A stretch of 64,000 nt of DNA from an uncultured Gemmatimonadales bacterium (GTDB lineage Bacteria; Gemmatimonadota; Gemmatimonadetes; Gemmatimonadales; Gemmatimonadaceae): the NCBI GenBank assembly GCA_963838855.1, contig CAWISX010000019.1, positions 57,494 through 121,493 on the forward strand, given 5' to 3'. Shown in pieces: positions 57,785 through 64,000 of this stretch. How positions within the stretch are numbered: the stretch's first letter is position 1; every line of letters starts with the position of its first letter. The notes beneath the pieces are model-generated. The model saw only the letters and a program-made list of their open reading frames with translations, made no database searches and was not told where the DNA came from. The position numbers and the translations under genes were made by a program.

Positions 57785-58697
57785 GTGTTCTTTGCGCGAC
57801 GATTGGCCCTTGCCGTGCCGACCTTGGCTGGCGTGCTCATCGTAACGTTTCTCCTGTTGTACGTTGCCCCGGGGGATCCTGTGCTCGAGAATGGTTGGCG
57901 AGCGCGCTGACTCGGCCACCATTGCAAGACTCCGAGCCGAGCTGCATCTGGACGATCCGCTCCCGTTGCAATTCGCGCACTATGCCGGAGGGGTCTTGCG
58001 GGGAGATCTCGGCCGGTCGTACATCACCGGCCGGGCGATCTCGGCCGACATCGCAGAGCGATTTCCCAAGACTATGCTGTTGGCCGTCGCAGCAATGGCT
58101 TTCGCGGTCGCGACCGGTATTCCGCTGGGTGTTCTCAGCGCCCGTTACCCGGGCGGCTGGATCGACCGGATGGCCTCGCTGGTGGCATATCTGGGCGTAT
58201 CGTTCCCGGTGTACTGGGTCGGGTTGGTGCTCATACTCGTGGTGTCCGTCATGCTCCGCTGGCTTCCGCCCTCCGGCTACGGCGGACTGCGCTATCTAGT
58301 GCTGCCTGCTCTGGCCTTGGGCTCTCGCTCCGTCGCTTTCCTGTCTCGGGTGACGCGCTCCGCAATGCTGGAGGTACTGGGCAGCGATTTCGTCCGCACC
58401 GCACGAGCGAAAGGGTTGTCCGAACGGGCGGTCGTGCTCCACCATGCGCTGCGCAATGCGCTAATCCCCATTCTTACAGTCTTGGGGCTGGATGTTGGCT
58501 ACTACCTCACCGGAAGCATTCTGACCGAGACCATCTTCAGCTGGCCCGGGCTCGGGCGCTACGTGGTGAACGCAATTTCGCGCCGCGATCTTCCGGCGAT
58601 TCAGGGTTCCGTGCTATTCCTGAGCGTGGTGTTCGTGGTCGTTAACCTTCTCACTGACCTGGCCTACGCCAAGGCCGATCCCCGCGTGACGCTGTAA
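57785..58697 (+). CDS. Dpp/Opp-type ABC transporter permease (DppB-like), apparent frameshift near 57890
   Basis: The N-terminus VFFARRLALAVPTLAGVLIVTFLLLYVAPGDPVLE, from GTG 57785, is my own translation. The remainder, MVGERADSATIARLRAELHLDDP...LTDLAYAKADPRVTL, is in track ORF 57864-58697. Confidence 0.8.
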
Positions 58698-58757
58698 AGG
58701 CGGTGGGTCCGCAGCGCACGATGCCGCTGGCGAGTCGCTCTCAGACTGCTCTCCGCG

Positions 58758-59826
58758 TTAGTTCCCGAAGAACCTCGCCAGTAGCCCCCGTCGCGGGCCG
58801 CGGGCGTTCGGCGGCCCTGAGGCCCGTCTCGCCGATCGCTTGAGATTGGAGAAAGACGTCTGCTCTGAAGCCCGATCCGTGAGCGGCTGGTAGGCCGTCG
58901 GAAACAGCCGCGCAAGATGATGCTGCAGCACGTCCGGCGATCCCGGATGGCGATGCACGGAGCACCAGCGATCCAAGTCATATCCCATTGCGGCCGCCGT
59001 TGGGCGGCGGGCCGGGTCCTTGGCCAGCGCCAGTGAAATGATCTGCTCCAGCTCGGGATCGATTCCCGGAATGCGTGTGCGGATTTCCGGTATGGGATTG
59101 ATCGTGACCTCATCGATTGCCAACTGTGTCACGTCTTCTGTGAAGAGCGGCTCGAGGGCTAGCAGCTCGTATAGAACCAACCCCATCGCGAATACGTCGC
59201 TGCGCGCGTCGAGGGGAAGTCCAAGGATCTGCTCGGGACTCATGTAGTGCTTCTTCCCCATCAACAACGACCGGCCCGCGGCCGGGTCGATCAATGTACG
59301 GGCTTTCGCAATGCCGAAATCGGCAAGCTTGAATGTGGCCATCCCAGCTTGCCATGATGTTTCCCGGCGACACGTCGCGATGTACGATGTCGAGCCGACG
59401 CTTGTCTGGGCCGACAAAATTGTGCGCGAAATCCAGAGCTCGACATACACGGCTTGCGATATACGCCGCCAAATGCGCGGGAATTGGTTGCCCCAGTTCC
59501 CAATGTCGATCGATAATCGACCGCACCGTCGGACCTTGAATGAACTCCATGGCGATGAAGAATTCGCCGGAGACCTCGCCCAATTGATAAATCTGGACGA
59601 CGTTGCCGTGCATCAAGTTGGCCGAGAGTTTCGCCTCGTCTATGAATAGCTGCAGCCACTCGCGCTGCTCCGCGTACTGCGGGTGGATGACCTTGAGCGC
59701 GATGCGCTTGGCAAACCCCGCGGGCCCGAGCTGTTCGGCCTCATATACCGTGGCCATGCCTCCCACGGCGACTTTGCGTACAAGCCGAAACGAGCCACCG
59801 TATTCGAGGTAGCGTTCAGCGGTCAC
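58758..59826 (-). CDS. Hanks-type serine/threonine protein kinase, apparent frameshift near 59335
   Basis: Gly-loop/Lys region VAVGGMATVYEA...IALKV and catalytic loop IVHRDVSPGNIM are in track ORF 59110-59826. FKLADFGIAKA...YMSPEQ is in track ORF 58758-59450. Confidence 0.85.
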
Positions 59827-59886
59827 AGGGTAGCCCTCGCTCTCTCATGTCTTGCCGCCGTGGGCGGCCAAGTCGAACTTTCGACG

Positions 59887-60906
59887 ATGACAGACAGTAC
59901 GCGCGACATCACGATCATCGGCGGTGGTCCGACTGGACTTTTCGCCATGTTCTATGCCGGTATGCGGGGCGCGACGGCCCGAATCGTCGACGCCCTGCCG
60001 CAACTCGGTGGGCAACTAACTGCGTTGTATCCGGAGAAATACATTTTTGACGTCGGCGGTTACCCAAAAGTGCTGGCCAAGGAACTCGTCCGGCAGCTCG
60101 TAGACCAAGCGGCCCAGTTCAATCAGCCATCGTACCTCAACCAAGAGGTCCGCAGCCTAGAACATGACGGCGGCCACTTCACGCTCGTCACTGACAGCGA
60201 TCGTTTCGTCTCGCGCTCCGTCGTGATTGCGGCTGGCATCGGCGCCTTCACACCGCGCCGGCTGCCTCAACCCTGCGCAGACAAGTGGTACGGCCGCGGG
60301 ATCTACGACGTCGTGACCAATCCCGATGATTTTCGCGGTCAACGCGTGGTGATCATAGGCGGCGGCGACTCGGCGTTCGACTGGGCCACCCAGCTTGTGG
60401 GACGCGCGGCTTCGGTCACCCTGGTCCACCGAAGCGACCGCTATCGCGCGCATGCGGCAACCGTGCGCGAGCTCGAGTCCGCCGCCGCCGCAGGTCGCGC
60501 CCAGGTCCTGCCATTCCACGAGCTTGCAGACGTCACCAGTCATGACGGAGCCGATCGCATTAGCGGCATCGTGGTGCGGGACATCAAGCACAAGACGACG
60601 CGCCACCTGGATGCCGACGTCGTGCTGCCCATGCTCGGCTACGTGAGCGACATGAGCCCGCTCGCGGACTGGGGAATCGTTCTCGTCAACGATGAGATCG
60701 TCGTCTCGCCGACGATGGAAACGGGACGTCCGGGCATATACGCCGCGGGCAATGTCACGACTTATCCCGGAAAGCTGAAGCTCATCGCAACCGGATTTGG
60801 CGAGGCGGCGATCGCCGTCAATCAGGCCGTCCATTGGATGTATCCCCAGAAGAAGGTCGAACCCGGGCACAGCTCCAACATGGCCATCTTCGGACAGTCA
60901 GAGTGA
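59887..60906 (+). CDS. thioredoxin-reductase-type ferredoxin--NADP(+) reductase
   Basis: From ATG 59887: ITIIGGGPTGLFAMFYAGMRG, QLGGQL, VVIIGGGDSAFDWA and YAAGNV. No CxxC redox pair is present, which fits the FNR (YumC-like) subgroup. Confidence 0.8.
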   Translation: MTDSTRDITIIGGGPTGLFAMFYAGMRGATARIVDALPQLGGQLTALYPEKYIFDVGGYPKVLAKELVRQLVDQAAQFNQPSYLNQEVRSLEHDGGHFTLVTDSDRFVSRSVVIAAGIGAFTPRRLPQPCADKWYGRGIYDVVTNPDDFRGQRVVIIGGGDSAFDWATQLVGRAASVTLVHRSDRYRAHAATVRELESAAAAGRAQVLPFHELADVTSHDGADRISGIVVRDIKHKTTRHLDADVVLPMLGYVSDMSPLADWGIVLVNDEIVVSPTMETGRPGIYAAGNVTTYPGKLKLIATGFGEAAIAVNQAVHWMYPQKKVEPGHSSNMAIFGQSE

Positions 60907-61451
60907 CCCGGATCTACACGCGCACCGGGGACACAGGAACCACCGCACTCTTCGGCGGCGAACGGGCGCCCAAGGACGATCCGCGGGTAGAGGCGTATGG
61001 CGACGTAGACGAGCTCAATGCGGTATTCGGATGGGCGCGGGCCGTGGAACTAATGCCGCGTATCGATGAAGTGCTGGTTCCCGTGCAACGCGACCTGTTC
61101 AGCCTCGGCGCCCTGCTCGCCACGCCGGAGCGCGATAAGATGCAGGCGCACCTTGCCAAGGCGCGCATCGACGACACGCGCATTGCAGAGCTGGAGCGCG
61201 CGATAGACGATGGCGAAGCCGAGCTCGAGCCGCTCCGGGCTTTCATCGTGCCTGGTGGCACGCCCAAAGCCGCGGCCCTGCACGTGGCTCGGACAGTCTG
61301 CCGCCGGGCCGAGCGGCGCGTGATCCACCTGGCCAGCACGGCGGAGCTGCCGCCAGTGGTGCCCGTGTACCTCAACCGTCTGTCGGATCTGCTGTTCGTC
61401 CTTGCCCGCGTCGCCAATCGCGTAGCCGGAGCGGGCGAAGTCACGTGGTGA
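60903..61451 (+). CDS. cob(I)yrinic acid a,c-diamide adenosyltransferase, PduO type
   Basis: VTRIYTRTGDTGTTALFGG...RVEAYGDVDELNA, and later ...FIVPGG...AALHVARTVCRRAER. The GTG at 60903 overlaps the upstream stop. Confidence 0.85.
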   Translation: MTRIYTRTGDTGTTALFGGERAPKDDPRVEAYGDVDELNAVFGWARAVELMPRIDEVLVPVQRDLFSLGALLATPERDKMQAHLAKARIDDTRIAELERAIDDGEAELEPLRAFIVPGGTPKAAALHVARTVCRRAERRVIHLASTAELPPVVPVYLNRLSDLLFVLARVANRVAGAGEVTW

Positions 61452-62488
61452 CGTCCGACCCGTCGCTCGCCGGAATAATCGTGGCGCCCGGCGCACTGGA
61501 TGCGGCGGGCTCGCACGCGCGCGCCGCGGCGCCAGCGTATCGGTACGCAATAATTACCGACGAAACGGTGGGTTCTCTGTACGCTTCTCGCCTCGTCGCG
61601 TCGTTTGAAGACGCCGGCGCGACTGAGCTCTTCACCATTAGTGGAGGGGAGACGGCAAAGACGCGAGAGACATGGGCTGCGCTGACCGATGCGATGCTGG
61701 CTCGTGGGCTCGGCCGGGACACCACGGTAGTCGCGCTTGGCGGCGGAGTGGTCGGCGACCTCGCGGGGTTCGTGGCGGCGACGTATCTGCGAGGTGTCCC
61801 AATCGTGCAGGTGCCGACCACCCTGCTCGCCATGATCGACGCCGCCATCGGAGGGAAGACGGGAGTGGATACGCCCGCGGGGAAGAATCTGGTTGGAGCG
61901 TTTCATACACCCGCAGCGATAATCGTCGACCCCACAGTACTCGACACCCTTCCACCGCGACAACTCGCCTCCGGGATGGCTGAAGCCGTGAAACACGGGG
62001 TTATCGCCGACGCCGCGTATTTCGCTTCGCTGGGTTCCCTTCCACTGGCCGCTCTCGTTGCACGCAGCATCGAGATCAAATCGGCCGTCGTCGCGCGCGA
62101 TTCGCGCGAAGTCGGCCTTAGGAAAATCCTGAACTTTGGCCACACGGTCGGCCACGCGATCGAAGCAGCGAGTGGCTATGCGCTACTCCACGGCGAGGCA
62201 GTCGCAATCGGGATGGCAGTCGAATCCCGACTCGCGGAGCTCGCGGGCGTGGCTGATTGCGGCATCACGGACGACGTAATCGCCGCGCTCGAGCGCGCGA
62301 CGCTGCCAACCAGGATACCCGTCGGTCTCGATGCGGATGACATCGTGCGGCGCACGCATACGGACAAGAAGATGCGAGCCGGAGCGGTCGAGTACGCCCT
62401 GCCAAAGGCCATCGGCGTCATGGCCGGTGCAGAGAACGCGTGGGGGATTGTGCTACCGGATGCGTTCGTACGAGAGGCACTAGTGTAG
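61445..62488 (+). CDS. aroB: 3-dehydroquinate synthase
   Basis: 347-aa ORF with VALGGGVVGDLAGFVAATYLRGVPIVQVPTTLLAMIDAAIGGKTGV and LNFGHTVGHAIE. Confidence 0.95.
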   Translation: MVTSDPSLAGIIVAPGALDAAGSHARAAAPAYRYAIITDETVGSLYASRLVASFEDAGATELFTISGGETAKTRETWAALTDAMLARGLGRDTTVVALGGGVVGDLAGFVAATYLRGVPIVQVPTTLLAMIDAAIGGKTGVDTPAGKNLVGAFHTPAAIIVDPTVLDTLPPRQLASGMAEAVKHGVIADAAYFASLGSLPLAALVARSIEIKSAVVARDSREVGLRKILNFGHTVGHAIEAASGYALLHGEAVAIGMAVESRLAELAGVADCGITDDVIAALERATLPTRIPVGLDADDIVRRTHTDKKMRAGAVEYALPKAIGVMAGAENAWGIVLPDAFVREALV

Positions 62489-62498
62489 AAATTGGCGG

Positions 62499-62527
62499 TT
62501 GACCGAATCGGCTCTCCCTGTTACACT
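62499..62527 (+). promoter_or_regulatory. sigma-70-like promoter upstream of the sigma factor gene
   Basis: TTGACC (62499-504), a 17-nt spacer, then TACACT (62522-27). It lies ~150 nt upstream of ATG 62675. Confidence 0.4.
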
Positions 62528-62674
62528 GCTGCGACTATACCAGAACGCGTCCAGCACTGAGCCGTGCGGGTCGGTTCTCGCGTGTCTTCAAGAAGAATTC
62601 ATGGGGTTGCAGCCGCCGCCAGTACCTGGCGCACGCGCCCTTGTGTGACATCCCTAGGTGAGTGAGGGGCGCGT

Positions 62675-63568
62675 ATGCAGCCGCTGGCCGAAAGCAGGTC
62701 CAAAGGGTTTTTCCGAAATTCCCCTTCAACCGCTTTCGACCAGTACCTGCAGGATATACAGAAGCTCCCGCTGATCCAGAATGCCGAAGAAGAGCGCCGG
62801 CTCGCACGCCGGGTGCAGCGGGGTGACGAGAAAGCCGCCGAACGGCTGGTGACGGCCAACCTCCGATTCGTGATCTCGTACGTCAAGAAATACCAGGGAC
62901 ACGGACTGGACCTGAGCGAGCTCGTCGCGATCGGGAATGAAGGGCTTCTCAAGGCGGTGCGAAAGTTCGATCCCGACCAGGGCGTGAAATTCATTTCCTA
63001 CGCCGTGTGGTGGGTTCGCCAAGCCGTGCTCAAGGCGCTGGCGGAACAGACGCGCTCTGTGCGAATTCCGCTCAACCAGAACTCTCAACTCATCAAGCTC
63101 GCGCGAGCCGAGACTGTCCTTGCGCAGGTGCTTAAGCGCGATCCCACGGATCACGAGATCGGCCGGCTGATCGAAGAGACTCCGGAATCCGTTCGTTCAG
63201 CGCGCCAGATGTCGTCCACGGAAGTGTCGCTCGACGCGCCTATCGACCGCTCCGACCGCGAGGCGTGCACGCTCGGCGAGCGCTTTGCGGGCGTCGACGG
63301 AGGCGAGATCGAGGACGTGACGGATTTCAAGCTGATGCGCGAGTTCATTGACCGCGTCTTCCGGAAGTACCTGACACCCCGCGAGCGAAAGATTCTCTAT
63401 CTTTATTACGGGCTGGAAGAGGGTTCAGAAGCAATGACCCTCGAAAAGATCGGTGCGCTGCTGGGCGTCACTCGCGAGCGGATTCGCCAGATTCGCGAGC
63501 GCGCGTTCGAAAAGCTCCGCGAGTCCCCGGACGGGTCTGCCTTGGCCGGTTTTTGGAACGTCGCGTAA
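62675..63568 (+). CDS. RNA polymerase sigma factor, sigma-70 family (RpoD/RpoS-like groups 1-3, short form)
   Basis: Region 1.2 FDQYLQDIQKLPLI. Region 2 ANLRFVISYVKKYQGHGLDLSELVAIGNEGLLKAVRKFD...FISYAVWWVRQAV. Region 3 is present. Region 4.2 LEKIGALLGVTRERIRQIRERA. Confidence 0.9.
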   Translation: MQPLAESRSKGFFRNSPSTAFDQYLQDIQKLPLIQNAEEERRLARRVQRGDEKAAERLVTANLRFVISYVKKYQGHGLDLSELVAIGNEGLLKAVRKFDPDQGVKFISYAVWWVRQAVLKALAEQTRSVRIPLNQNSQLIKLARAETVLAQVLKRDPTDHEIGRLIEETPESVRSARQMSSTEVSLDAPIDRSDREACTLGERFAGVDGGEIEDVTDFKLMREFIDRVFRKYLTPRERKILYLYYGLEEGSEAMTLEKIGALLGVTRERIRQIRERAFEKLRESPDGSALAGFWNVA

Positions 63569-63718
63569 GTCGATCTTCGCGCTGGCCGTCGTGGCGCTGC
63601 CTTGCGAACGCAACTACGCCTGCACCTGCCGGCCGGTCCGCCCTGCCCACAGGCTAAACGCCAGCTGACACACGCCGCACCCACGCAGTAGCATGCAGTA
63701 CGCAGCGGGCTGAACGCA

Positions 63719-64000
63719 GTGCGAGTCCTTGTGGTTGACGACGAGCCATCGATACGTCTGGCCCTCCGTCGTTTTTTTGTGCGAGATGGGTGGGAGGTTG
63801 AGGAAGCGCACGACGGGCGCGTAGCGCTGGACAAGCTTGTGCCGGCGCATGGCCCGGCCCCGCATTTCGACGCCATCATTTGCGATCTTCGGAATGCCCG
63901 GATGCACGGGGCCCGAGCTGTATGAGCGCTTGAGGGTTTCTCAGCCGGAGCGCTTGTCCCACATGATTCTTGCAACCGGCGATTCCCTATCGGCCGAGGT
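63719..64000 (+). CDS. response regulator receiver domain (partial, runs off right edge), apparent frameshift near 63893
   Basis: MRVLVVDDEPSIRLALRRF...FDAIICDLR, then out of frame. MPGCTGPELYERLRVSQPERLSHMILATGDS is readable in the next frame. Confidence 0.7.

Noticed and set aside
60914-62155. 413-aa minus-strand ORF antisense to the PduO-type adenosyltransferase and aroB
   Set aside because: It is Arg-rich and low-complexity. The plus-strand genes have diagnostic motifs and translational coupling.
63592-63605. Sigma-54 promoter-like TGGCGC-N4-TTGC upstream of the terminal response regulator
   Set aside because: The GG-to-GC distance is one nucleotide shorter than the canonical -24/-12 spacing, and the match to the consensus is weak.

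Overview
GC-rich chromosomal segment from a diderm bacterium (Lgt, TamA/TamB, MsbA-like exporter, lipid A/LPS genes). I cannot determine the lineage without a database search. Most of the window is tightly packed housekeeping operons. These cover tetrapyrrole synthesis and cytochrome c maturation (hemB-hemC-cobA/hemD-ccmDCBA), acs, tyrS, a DsbA/VKOR pair, and an LPS-type glycosyltransferase/MsbA cluster. A long same-strand run follows: yebC-ruvCAB-queA-tgt-yajC-def-fmt-thiESG-rsmB-PASTA-rpe-tlpA-tsaD-lgt. The rest includes acpS, tamAB, a Dpp/Opp-type ABC fragment, aroB and a sigma-70 family factor. I recognised no rRNA, tRNA, CRISPR array, IS element or prophage.

The stand-out is 34.79-42.62 kb. 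Two tandem paralogous 47/48-aa peptide genes sit there, each behind its own promoter with three phased TCACG direct repeats. They converge on a three-gene operon encoding a GAF-GAF-TM-HlyD protein, a plain membrane-fusion protein, and a PqqD/RRE-like + M50 site-2 protease + HlyD fusion. A divergent SARP-STAND regulator follows. No pump, outer-membrane factor or tailoring enzyme is present. I read this as a candidate uncharacterised peptide docking, cleavage, export and sensing circuit.

Two secondary observations. First, about 20 single-nucleotide frameshifts break otherwise recognisable genes, including ruvB, tsaD and tamAB, which points to indel sequencing errors. Second, a Dpp-type operon appears split across a roughly 46-kb inversion. 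Coordinates for features not in the ORF track were indexed by hand and may be off by 1-2 nt.
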